Source of the DNA: an uncultured Chloroflexia bacterium
GTDB lineage: Bacteria > Chloroflexota > Limnocylindria > Limnocylindrales > CSP1-4
NCBI GenBank assembly: GCA_963766685.1
Contig: CAVYBJ010000013.1
Location: forward strand, 94,554-158,553
DNA length: 64,000 bases
Reading direction: 5' to 3'
The translations under genes were made by a program, and so were the position numbers. Below are positions 54,959 through 64,000 of this stretch, piece after piece. The number at the start of each line of letters is the position of its first letter. Position 1 is the stretch's first letter. A model generated the notes under the pieces. It made no database searches. It had not been told where the DNA came from and saw only the letters and a program-made list of their open reading frames with translations.

Positions 54959-55868
54959 CTACTTGATGCGTGCCTGCCCGGTGCTGCTGTCGTTGGTGCT
55001 GACCGGGTCCGTGCCCTTGACGGCGACCGTCGCGGTCAGACTCGCCTTGGCGCCGCCGCCGGACTTCGTGCACGTGGTGGTGAATGACTCCGAGCGGCTC
55101 TTGCCCTTGGCCAGCTCGGCCCCGGCCACGCTGCCCACCAGTGCCGTACACGTGGCTCGACGGGTCTTGAGGGCCAGGTTCAGCGTGTACCTGGCGTCGT
55201 CCGGCCCGTTGTTCTTGACGACCACGGTGAACGTGACGGAGCCGGAGACGGGCTTCGTGGGTGCCTTCACGGTCACGGCCAGGTCGGCGCGGTCCGGCTG
55301 TCGGGTCGGGCTTGGGTTCGGGCTTGGGGGTGGGGTTCGGGGTGGGCGCTGGCCCTGGCCCCGGTGCGGGCGCCGGGGCGCTGGACTCGCAGTTCACGAC
55401 CGTGCCGCTGCCGGCGCCCTGGGAGCAGGCGTCCGTGCCAGCGCCGCCGTCGATGCGGTCATCGCCGCGCAGGCCGCGGATGGTGTCATCGCCGCCGGAG
55501 CCCGCCAGGCGGTCGTTGCCGTCGTTGCCCTCGATCGTGTCGGCCCCGGCGCCGCCCTTCACGCGGTCGGCGCCGCCGCCGCCCTTGATGATGTCCGAGC
55601 CACCACTGCCGCAGATGATGTCGTTGCCACCGCGGCCGTTGATGCGGTCCTTGCCGCCGAGGCCGACGATGACGTCGGCACGGGACGTGCCGTTGAGCGT
55701 GTCATTGCCGGCCGTTCCGACGATGGTGGCCCGCTGGCCCATGCAGGTGGGCGCCGCGGCATCAGCGCGCTGCGCGACGGGGATGGCCAGCATGGCCGCG
55801 GCCAGGGCCGTGATGACGACCCATGCCACCGACGAGCGGCGCATGGGGGTGGCGATCGCGCGTGACAC
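54959..55868 (-). CDS. Secreted protein with RTX-type Ca-binding repeats and a C-terminal Ig-like (DUF11-like) domain; frameshift near 55300
   Basis: Signal peptide; CMGQRATIVGT; GGxGxD nonapeptides; Pro-rich linker; ADLAVTV...VKNNGPDDA...DPVSTND. Confidence 0.8.
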
Positions 55869-56046
55869 TCGAGGCTCTCCTCCTGGCTGATGTGGACGAT
55901 GTTCGTGGCTCGGAGTGCTCGGAGGCACTCTACCCTGACGGACGGCGGTCCTCCGTCCCTGGTACGGAAGTCAGGCGCAGCCACGCACCACGTCCGCGCT
56001 CGCGGCTGGTCGCGACTGCAGGGCCCGGACGCCGCAGACCATCCAC

Positions 56047-57215
56047 TCAGTCGATGGTGCCAGCACCGGCGGCGGCGTGGACGGGGAAGATCCGGGGCTC
56101 GGTGCCCGTGGCCGTCGCGTAGGCCAGCCGGACGTGCGCGCTGAAGGCCGCCACGGACCCCTGCTCCACGAAGGCCACCAGGCAGCCGCCGAACCCGGCA
56201 CCGGCCTGGCGGCGGGCGATGAGCCCGGGGGCCGTCGCGCATGGCCTCGTGCATGGCGGTCATGGCGGGCGCACCGATCTCGAAGAGCCGGGTGGCGCCG
56301 TCGAACGAGGCGTCCAGCAACCTGGCCAGCGTGGTCGGATCACCCGTCCGGCAGGGCATCCGCAAGCTCCAGGACGCGATGCTCCTCCTCGACGATGAAG
56401 CGGCACCGCCGGGCGACCACGGGCGGCAGGTCCGCCTCGTGCGCCGCGAGCAGCGCAGGGCTGACATCGCGCAGGGCCGTGATCCCCGGGTCGATGGCGC
56501 GCAGGAGCGCCGCTCCGGCCTCGCACTGGGCTCGCCGCTCGCCATACCCGGTGGCGCCCAGCTGTCGCTCGGCCCGAGTATCGGCGATGACCACGGCCAG
56601 GTGCGAAGCCATGGCCACGGGCCGACTCTCCAGGTGGCGGCAGTCGAGCAGGAGGGCGTGCCCGGCCTGGCCCAGCACGGAGGTGTACTGGTCGAGGATG
56701 CCGCAGCTGACGCCCACGAACTCGTTCTCCGCCCGCTGGCCGAGGATGGCTGTCTCCAGCGGTGCGAGGTGGAAGCCGCTCACGGCGGCGAAGGCCAGCA
56801 GCGCGGCGACCTCGATGGCCGCCGAGGACGAGAGCCCGGCGCCGAAGGGCACGCTGGACTGCACGAGCCCGTCGAAGCCGACCAGCTCGCGGCCTTCCGC
56901 GCGCAGCACGTGCGCGGCGCCGCGCACGTAGTCGGTCCAGGGCACCTGCGCGTCCCGCGTGATGTCCGCGAGGCTGAAGTCCGCCTCGCCGGGCAGGTCC
57001 AGCGAGGCGATGGCGACGCGGCCGTCGGACCGCGGCCGCACGGCCAGCCACGTGTCGCGATCGACGGTCATGGTGAGGACGTGGCCCTCGTTGTAGTCGG
57101 TGTGGCTGCCCATGAGGTCGACGCGGCCAGGGGCGCGGCACCAGACCGTGGGCCGGCCGCCGTAGCGCTCTGTGAAGGCGGCCTCCAGGCGTGCCCGCCG
57201 ATCCGTGCCGTCCAC
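56047..57215 (-). CDS. galK: Galactokinase (frameshifts near 56340 and 56230)
   Basis: APGRVDLMGSHTDYNEG, VPFGAGLSSSAA, CGILDQ, GAGFGGC. Confidence 0.9.
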
Positions 57216-57219
57216 CGGC

Positions 57220-58239
57220 TCAGCCCGGCTGCCCGAAGGCCGCCAGCATGGCCTCCACGTTGGCCATGGGGATGTCCGCCATGAGGCGATGCGAGGGCGC
57301 CAGCAACAGCCCCGTGCCGTCTGGCGCCAGGCTGGAGCGGCAGGCGTCCACGGCCACGCGCACCTCGTCGGTCGTGCCGTAGGGCAACACCGTCTGGGTG
57401 GAGACCCCGCCGTAGAAGGCCAGCCGTGCGCCGAAGGCGGCACGCAGCCAGGCGTGGTCCAGGACCTCCGGCTGGACCGGGTTGAGCGCCGTCAGGCCGA
57501 TCTCCACGAGGTCCGGGACGATCTCGTCGATGCGGCCGTCGGAGTGCATGAGGACGGGCAGGCCGCGCTCCACGAAGGGCTCGAAGAGTCGCGCCAGGCG
57601 CGGCTTGACGAGGCGGCGCCAGGTCGCCGGCGAGAAGAGCAGGCCGGCCTGCGCCCCGTAGTCGTCGCCGAAGTAGCCGCCGTCCACGCCGAGGTCCAGG
57701 TAGCGGCCGATGAGCACGAGCTGGATCTCCGTGATGCGGTCCAGCAGCTCCGCCACGTAGCCCGGGTCCGCGGCCAGGTCGAAGAGGAGCTGCTCGAAGC
57801 CGCGCAGCGACCAGGCCCGCTCGAAGAGTGCGAAGCCCAGGTTGGGCACCACGAAGCCGTCCTCGCCCGTCTGCTCGCGCAGGCGGGCAGCGTCGTCGAG
57901 CAGGCCGGCCGCCCAGGGGTCCGGCCAGGCGAAGGCGTCGAGATCGGGGTCAGTCGCCAGCGGGCTCTCGCGGATGAAGTAGCCCTCCTCCTGCGCGTCG
58001 TGGCCGGCACCCCACCAGTCGGTGCGGGTTCGGCCGTCCGGGCCCAGGCGCGGCACATGGCCCAGGTCCAGCCGCACGAGGTGGTTGTCGAAGCGGGCCG
58101 CCAGGTCGGAGACCGGGACGCCGAAGTGGGCCGCCAGGCGCTCGCCCATCTGCGCCGTCCAGCCCACCTGGGTGGGCAGGCGGTCGAGTGGCTCGTGGCG
58201 GAGCGCGCGGCGGACGCGCTCGCGGCGGCTCAGCGGCAT
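57220..58239 (-). CDS. UroD/MtaA-CmuA-family TIM-barrel protein
   Basis: SRRERVRRALRHEPLDRLP, TDWWG, LFERAWSLRG, GDDYG, MHSDG, FYGGVSTQ, LAPSH. Confidence 0.85.
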   Translation of the reverse strand: MPLSRRERVRRALRHEPLDRLPTQVGWTAQMGERLAAHFGVPVSDLAARFDNHLVRLDLGHVPRLGPDGRTRTDWWGAGHDAQEEGYFIRESPLATDPDLDAFAWPDPWAAGLLDDAARLREQTGEDGFVVPNLGFALFERAWSLRGFEQLLFDLAADPGYVAELLDRITEIQLVLIGRYLDLGVDGGYFGDDYGAQAGLLFSPATWRRLVKPRLARLFEPFVERGLPVLMHSDGRIDEIVPDLVEIGLTALNPVQPEVLDHAWLRAAFGARLAFYGGVSTQTVLPYGTTDEVRVAVDACRSSLAPDGTGLLLAPSHRLMADIPMANVEAMLAAFGQPG

Positions 58240-58481
58240 GGCGCAGCGGGGCTGGCAGGTCCGGTGCTTCGTGCTCGACCCATGATCGCGAGGATAGCTG
58301 GCCGGGACGCCTCGTCCGGGCGACGGGCCCAGCGACCCCCGCATGGAGCGGCGCCACCAAGACGTATCCCTGCCGACACCGGGTACCGCGATACACTCCG
58401 GGCGGCGATCACCGTCGCCGAGGAGGCTGAGCGCCGGCGCGGTCGAGCTGCCAGCCCATCTGCAGGGAGGACCGAGAGACC

Positions 58482-60101
58482 ATGAGCTTGCTATCCCGGT
58501 GGCCACGGCTGCTGGCCCTGGGCACCACGGCGGTCGTGACCGCCGCCGCCCTGCTGCCGGCCGCGACCGTCGCACAGGAGCCGCAGATGGGCGGTTCCAT
58601 CGTGGCCGTCATCGAGGGTGAGCCCACCTCCGTCGACCCGGCCTTCGACTACGACTTCGTCTCCGGCCTGGCCACCTCCAGCATCACGGAGCCGCTGCTC
58701 AAGTTCTGCGAGGGCGACACGGCCCTCTGCCCCAACCTGGCCAGCGACTGGACCGTCAGCGATGACGGCCTGACCTACACGCTGACCATCCGCCAGGGCG
58801 TCACGTTCCACGACGGCAGCCCCATGACCGTCGATGACGTCGTCTTCAGCCTGAACCGCGTCCGCGACCCGGAGCTGGGCTCCTACGTGGGCTGGATGCT
58901 CGCCAACGTGGCGGACGTGACCGCCCCGGACGACCAGACCGTCGTCATCACCATGAGCCAGCCCGACGCGCTCCTCGAGTACGCCCTGGCCTCCACGGCC
59001 GCGCACGTCGTCAGCAAGGCCTTCGTCGAATCGGTCGGCGAGGACTACGGCACGCCCGGCGTGGGCTCCATCGGCACCGGCCCCTTCAAGTTCGTGGAGT
59101 GGGTCTCCGGCGACCACCAGACGCTGGCCCGCAACGACGACTACTGGGACAAGGCCAACGGCGGCCCCTACCTCGACGAGATCACCATCAAGATCCTGCC
59201 CGAGCCCACGACCCGCGTGGCCGGCCTGGAGACCGGTGAGATCGACTACCTCGTCAACAACGTGCCCTCCGACCAGTACGAGACGGTCAAGGGCTTCGAT
59301 AACGTGAGCCTGACGTTCGTTCCGTCCTTCTACGGCGAGTGGATCACCTTCAACACGCAGCTGCCGCCCTTCGACAACGTGAAGGTCCGCCAGGCCATGA
59401 ACTACGCCCTGGACAAGGCCGGCCTGCGCGCCCTGTATCGGCCGGAAAGCCCCGACACCAAGGCCACGCTGGTCTACCCGACGATGTGGACCTTCGAGGA
59501 CGCCGCCTGGCAGGCCGCCTGGGACGCCCTGCCGGCCTATGACCAGGACCTCGAGAAGGCCGCGCAGCTGCTCGAGGAATCGGGCGTCGCGGACCAGCTC
59601 AACGGCATGACCATCTCGTACTACGAGTCCACGCCGTCCATCAAGGGCATCGCCGAGTCGTTCATCGACGCCATGTCGCAGCTGGGCATCACCATCGAGG
59701 CCAACAAGACCACCTACCAGGAGAACATCGCGCAGCAGTTCGGCAACCACGACGACTACGACATCTTCGTGGGCTCGTGGGGCTCGGACTTCCCCGATCC
59801 GTCGGGCAACCTGCGCCCCAACTTCGGCTCGGAGAACATCGTCGCCGGTGGCGCCAATGCCTCCGCCTACAGCAACGCGGACGTCGACGCCCTGCTCCAG
59901 GAGCAGAACACGCTGACGGACAAGGCCGAGCGAGCCAGGCTCCTCATCGAGGCGCAGGCCATCATCGCGGAGGAGTCGCCGCTCATCTCGGTGACGAACC
60001 CAGGCTGGCCCCTGGCCGTCAACACGCGCGTCCAGGGGGCCGAGGTCGGCCCGCTGTGGTACTGGGCGTCGCTCTTCAAGAACGTCTGGGTGACCGAGTA
60101 G
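58482..60101 (+). CDS. Peptide/nickel ABC transporter substrate-binding protein (family 5)
   Basis: Signal peptide; LASDWTVSDDGLTYTLTIRQGVTFHDG; GTGPFKF. Confidence 0.95.
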   Translation: MSLLSRWPRLLALGTTAVVTAAALLPAATVAQEPQMGGSIVAVIEGEPTSVDPAFDYDFVSGLATSSITEPLLKFCEGDTALCPNLASDWTVSDDGLTYTLTIRQGVTFHDGSPMTVDDVVFSLNRVRDPELGSYVGWMLANVADVTAPDDQTVVITMSQPDALLEYALASTAAHVVSKAFVESVGEDYGTPGVGSIGTGPFKFVEWVSGDHQTLARNDDYWDKANGGPYLDEITIKILPEPTTRVAGLETGEIDYLVNNVPSDQYETVKGFDNVSLTFVPSFYGEWITFNTQLPPFDNVKVRQAMNYALDKAGLRALYRPESPDTKATLVYPTMWTFEDAAWQAAWDALPAYDQDLEKAAQLLEESGVADQLNGMTISYYESTPSIKGIAESFIDAMSQLGITIEANKTTYQENIAQQFGNHDDYDIFVGSWGSDFPDPSGNLRPNFGSENIVAGGANASAYSNADVDALLQEQNTLTDKAERARLLIEAQAIIAEESPLISVTNPGWPLAVNTRVQGAEVGPLWYWASLFKNVWVTE

Positions 60102-60182
60102 CCATCTGAGCCGCCACCACCGGGTCCGCGGGGCGGGCCCGGTGGTGCCACACATCCAACAGGGAGGGGAGTCCGCACCGTC

Positions 60183-61121
60183 ATGGCCGGCTACGCCGTA
60201 CGCCGTCTGCTGGCCGCCATCCCCACCCTGCTCTTCGTCTCGTTCGTCACCTTCGGGCTCGTCAGGCTGGCGCCAGGCGACCCGGTCCTCATCGTCCTGG
60301 GCGGCAAGCGCATCAGCCCCGAGCTCATCGTGCAGCTGCGCGAGAAGTTCGGCCTCGACGGCGACCCCATCACCCAGTACGTGGCCTGGCTCGGACGCGC
60401 CCTGCAGTTCGACTTCGGTGAGTCCTACAAGCTGAAGCAGGAGGTCAGCGACCTCATCCTGGCGCGCCTCGACACGACCGTCCAGCTGGTCGCCCTGTCG
60501 GTCCTGTTGGCCATCCTCATCGGCATCCCGCTGGGCGTGCTGCAGGCCCGCAAGCGCGAGAGCGCGGTGGACTACGCCGGCTCGTTCCTGGCCTTCGTGG
60601 GCGTCAGCTCACCGGTCTACTTCACGGCCATCATCGGCATCCTCGTCTTCGCCGTGTGGCTCGGGTGGCTCCCCGCCTTCGGCAGCGGTGACGATCCCCT
60701 GGACCAGCTGCGCCACCTCATCCTGCCCGCCGTGGCGCTGGCGCTGGGCATGATCGCCCTGACGTCGCGGATGACGCGCAGCGCCATGCTGGAGGTGCTG
60801 GCCTCCGACTACATCGAGGCCGCCCGCGCCAAGGGCCTGCCCGAGCGCACCATCCTGGTCAAGCACGCGCTGCGCAACGCGCTCATCCCGGTGCTGACGG
60901 TCATCTCGCTGCAGGTCGGCTTCCTCGTCGTGGGCACGGTGCTCGTGGAGTCGACCATGGGCCTCGGCGGCCTTGGCTCGCTCATCACGGACGCCATCCA
61001 GAACCGCGACTACCCGGTCATCCAGGCGTCGGTCCTGCTGCTGACGGTGCTCTTCATCCTCATCAACCTGCTCACGGACCTGCTCTACGCCGTGATCGAC
61101 CCGCGGATCCGCTACTCGTGA
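60183..61121 (+). CDS. Peptide ABC permease (OppB/DppB type)
   Basis: APGDP, YIEAARAKG, HALRNAL, NRDYPVIQ, IDPRIR. Confidence 0.96.
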   Translation: MAGYAVRRLLAAIPTLLFVSFVTFGLVRLAPGDPVLIVLGGKRISPELIVQLREKFGLDGDPITQYVAWLGRALQFDFGESYKLKQEVSDLILARLDTTVQLVALSVLLAILIGIPLGVLQARKRESAVDYAGSFLAFVGVSSPVYFTAIIGILVFAVWLGWLPAFGSGDDPLDQLRHLILPAVALALGMIALTSRMTRSAMLEVLASDYIEAARAKGLPERTILVKHALRNALIPVLTVISLQVGFLVVGTVLVESTMGLGGLGSLITDAIQNRDYPVIQASVLLLTVLFILINLLTDLLYAVIDPRIRYS

Positions 61122-62008
61122 TCGGCCGCCTGTACGCCTCGCTGCCGCTGCCGTCGTCGTACCGCATGGCCCTGCGGCGCATCGCCGCGGCGCCGCTGGT
61201 GCGCAACCGGGCGGCGCTCGTGGCGGTCATCGTGCTCATCCCGCTGCTCATCGCCACGGTGGCGCCGTGGCTGCTGACGCAGGCCGACCCCATCGCCCAG
61301 GACCTCACGAAGTCCCTGCTGGGCGCCAGCGCCGACCACCCGCTGGGCACGGACAAGCCCGGGCGCGACGTCCTGGCACGCGTCATCTTCGGCGCCGCGC
61401 CGACGCTCGTGGGGGCCCTCGTGGTGGTCATCGTGAGCGGCGTCGTGGGCGTGCCGCTGGGGCTCATCGCGGGCTACTACGGCGGCACCCGGGAGGCCGT
61501 CATCATGCGGCCGCTGGACGCCCTGCTGGCCTTCCCGGCGCTGCTGCTGGCGGTCCTCGTGGTGGCCACCTTCGGCCGCGGCCTCAACACCGTGGTGCTG
61601 GCGCTGGGCATCATCTACGTGCCGGCCATGGCCCGGCTCGTGCGCAGCGTCACCCTCGTGCAGCGCAACCAGGCCTACGTGGACGCCGGGCGGGCGCTGG
61701 GCTACTCCGACCGGCGCATCCTCTTCCGGCACATCCTGCCGAACCTCGTCGGCCCGGTCGTGGTGCAGTCCACCATCGACCTGGCCTACGCCATCCTGGA
61801 CATCGCGGCCCTCAGCTTCCTGGGCCTCGGCCAGCAGCCACCTGACCCGGACTGGGGCTCCATGCTCGCCGATGGGCGCAGCTACCTCCTCCAGAATCCC
61901 CTGCCGGCCGTCTCGGCCGGGCTGGCCATCATGATCGCGGTCGTCTGCTTCAACCTCGTGGGCGACGGCCTGCGCGTCCAGCTCGACCCGCGGGAGCGCC
62001 AGCGATGA
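61118..62008 (+). CDS. Peptide ABC permease (OppC/DppC type)
   Basis: HPLGTDKPGRDV, YVDAGRALG, RHILPN, LSFLGLG, PDWGSML. Confidence 0.96.
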   Translation: MIGRLYASLPLPSSYRMALRRIAAAPLVRNRAALVAVIVLIPLLIATVAPWLLTQADPIAQDLTKSLLGASADHPLGTDKPGRDVLARVIFGAAPTLVGALVVVIVSGVVGVPLGLIAGYYGGTREAVIMRPLDALLAFPALLLAVLVVATFGRGLNTVVLALGIIYVPAMARLVRSVTLVQRNQAYVDAGRALGYSDRRILFRHILPNLVGPVVVQSTIDLAYAILDIAALSFLGLGQQPPDPDWGSMLADGRSYLLQNPLPAVSAGLAIMIAVVCFNLVGDGLRVQLDPRERQR

Positions 62009-63095
62009 GCGCGCCGCTCCCGCCCGGCGGCCGCTCCCGTCCGCGCCGGGCGCCACGGGCGCCACGGACGCCTCGGGCGCCGCCACCCCGCCGGTCCTGC
62101 TCGAGGTCCGCGGCCTCTCCGTCCGGTTCCGCACCATCGCCGGCCTGGTCAACGCCGTCAACGGCCTGGACCTTTCCATCCGGGCCGGTGAGATCGTGGG
62201 CCTGGTGGGCGAGTCGGGCTCCGGCAAGTCGGTGAGCAGCCGGGCCGTCATGGGCCTGCTGCCGCCGCGCACGAGCAGCGTGGAGGGCAGCATCCGCCTC
62301 GAGGGCGACGAGCTCGTGGGCCTGCCCGAGTCGCAGTACCGACGCGTGCGCGGCGAGCGGGTGGCCATGATCTTCCAGGACCCGCTGACCGCCCTCGACC
62401 CGCTCTACCGGGCCGGCGAGCAGGTCGCCGAGTCGCTGCGCTTCCACTTCGGTCTCGGGAAGGCAGCGGCCCGCGCCCGGGTGCTCGAGCTCTTCACGTC
62501 GGTGGGCCTGAGCGACCCGGCCAGCGTGGCGGAGCGCTACCCGCACGAGCTCTCCGGCGGCATGCGCCAGCGCGTCATGATCGCCATGGCCCTCGCCGCG
62601 GAGCCCGAGCTGCTCATCGCCGACGAGCCCACGACGGCCCTGGACGTCACCGTGCAGGCCCAGATCCTGGAGCTCATGCGCTCGCTCGTGCGCGACCGCG
62701 ACATGGCCCTGCTGCTCATCACCCACGACCTGGGCGTCGTCCGCGAGCTCTGCGAGCGGGCCGTCGTGCTGTACGCGGGACGGGTCGTGGAGGAGGCGCC
62801 CGTGGCGCAGCTGCTGTCCACGCCGCACCACCCCTACACCTCCGGCCTCGGCGCCAGCATCCCGTCCATCCTGGAGCGGCGCCGGCGCCTGCCGCAGATC
62901 CAGGGCACGCCGCCGGACCCGGCCACGCTGCCGCCGGGCTGTCCCTTCGCGCCGCGCTGCCCGGTGGCCGTGGAGCGCTGCCACACGGAGGTCCCGGCCT
63001 TGCTGGCCGCCGGGCCCGGTCGTCGCTCGGCCTGCCATCGCAGCGCCGAGCTCATGGATGGAAGCCTGCACATCACCTGGGAGCACGAGACATGA
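62005..63095 (+). CDS. Peptide ABC ATPase (OppD/DppD type); frameshift near 62040
   Basis: [46 protein letters not shown]. Confidence 0.94.
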
Positions 63096-64000
63096 ACGAA
63101 ACCGGGACTCGCGACCATCGACCCGGCACTGGGCGCCGAGGAGCGCTTCATCACCTTCGAGGGGCTGCGGACGTGGGTCGGCATCGTCGGCGATGCCGAG
63201 CGGGAGCGCGAGGCGGGCCACGCCCCGCTGCTGCTGCTGCACGGCGGCCCCGGCGCCTGCCACGACTACATCGAGGCCATCGCCGCCGTCTCGGCCACGG
63301 GCCGGCGGGTCATCTTCTACGACCAGCAGGGCTGCGGCAACTCCGACCAGCCGGACGACCCGGCGCGCTGGACGGTCGACTTCTACGTGCGCGAGGTCGA
63401 TGCCGTCCGCGAGGCGCTGGGCCTGGAGCGCGTCCACATCCTGGGCCAGTCCTGGGGCGGCATGCTGCTCATGGAGTACCTCGTGCGGCGGCCGGCCGGC
63501 GTCGTCTCCGGGACCATCGCCAGCTCGCCGGCCAGCATGCCGATGTGGGTCGCGGAGACCGGGCGCCTTCGCGCCGACCTGCCGCCGGAGGTCATCGAGG
63601 TCCTCGACCGCCACGAGGCGGCGGGCACCTGGGACGACCCCGAGTACGAGGCGGCGGTGAACGCCTTCTACGAGCGCCACGTCTGCCGGGTCGTGCCCTT
63701 CCCCGAGCCGGTGACACGCTCCTTCGCCAAGATCGCCCGCAACCCGCAGGTCTACCGGACCATGAACGGGCCGACCGAGTTCCACGTCGTGGGCACGCTG
63801 GGCGACTGGGACATCACTCCGCGCCTGGGCGTCGATCGAGGTGCCCGTCCTCATCACCAGCGGCCGCCACGACGAGGCGACCCCGTCGCAGATGGCGCAC
63901 CTGGCCGGGCGCATCCCGCAGGCCGAGTGGGTCGTCTTCGAGCAGTCGGGGCACATGTCGCACGCCGAGGAGCCCGACCGCTACATGGCCGTCCTGGCCG
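63092..64000 (+). CDS. Proline iminopeptidase-family alpha/beta hydrolase (frameshift near 63833; runs off the window)
   Basis: Manual translation from ATG 63092: LLLHGGPG, YDQQGCGNS, GQSWGGML, MNGPTEF, GRHDEATP, SGHM. Confidence 0.9.
   Translation, partial: MNETGTRDHRPGTGRRGALHHLRGAADVGRHRRRCRAGARGGPRPAAAAARRPRRLPRLHRGHRRRLGHGPAGHLLRPAGLRQLRPAGRPGALDGRLLRARGRCRPRGAGPGARPHPGPVLGRHAAHGVPRAAAGRRRLRDHRQLAGQHADVGRGDRAPSRRPAAGGHRGPRPPRGGGHLGRPRVRGGGERLLRAPRLPGRALPRAGDTLLRQDRPQPAGLPDHERADRVPRRGHAGRLGHHSAPGRRSRCPSSSPAAATTRRPRRRWRTWPGASRRPSGSSSSSRGTCRTPRSPTATWPSWP

Noticed and set aside
54959-55868. RTX-repeat protein as a toxin or type I secretion system
   Set aside because: It is short, has a Sec-type signal peptide and no toxin domain, and no T1SS genes are nearby.
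56338-56345. TGA ending the galK ORF as a selenocysteine or readthrough codon
   Set aside because: GalK homology continues in a different frame, so this is a frameshift.

Overview
High-GC bacterial core-genome window. The 16S, the RpoB C-terminus, the RpoC insertion and the gene order point to Chloroflexota, possibly Limnocylindria-like (inference, not searched). 1-20.4 kb (minus): start of the S10 operon, str operon, rpoBC, rplKAJL, nusG-secE-tRNA-Trp-rpmG, a second tuf and three tRNAs. 20.5-32.6 kb (minus): rlmB, cysS, ispDF, PIN/TRAM gene, radA, clpC, rpsA. 32.8-34.9 kb: an Fpg-family glycosylase and a LysM membrane protein. 35.1-40.9 kb (minus): complete rRNA operon (16S-Ile-Ala-23S-5S). 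41-45.2 kb (minus): recR, ybaB, dnaX, large SRP RNA, two tRNA-Ser and a tadA-like gene. 45.3-64 kb: Pfk, GT87, dGTPase, pirin, PhzF, Mo-oxidoreductase, MOSC, a small Cys-rich ORF, a COG2403 P-loop enzyme, an RTX-like protein, galK, a UroD-fold protein, a peptide ABC transporter and a proline iminopeptidase. About 20 genes, some essential, carry small frameshifts that are best explained as long-read consensus errors; several sit at GATC. No mobile element, prophage or CRISPR array was seen. Most notable: a TadA homolog whose catalytic HAE is replaced by Tad3-like HAV; a perfect 9.6 x 51-bp repeat in the S1 tail, whose frame runs on into clpC; an 89-nt multi-hairpin 23S insertion at the H54a position; an RlmB with a long Arg/Gly/Pro-rich N-terminus; a 10-Cys small protein; and a UroD-fold/GalK pair.
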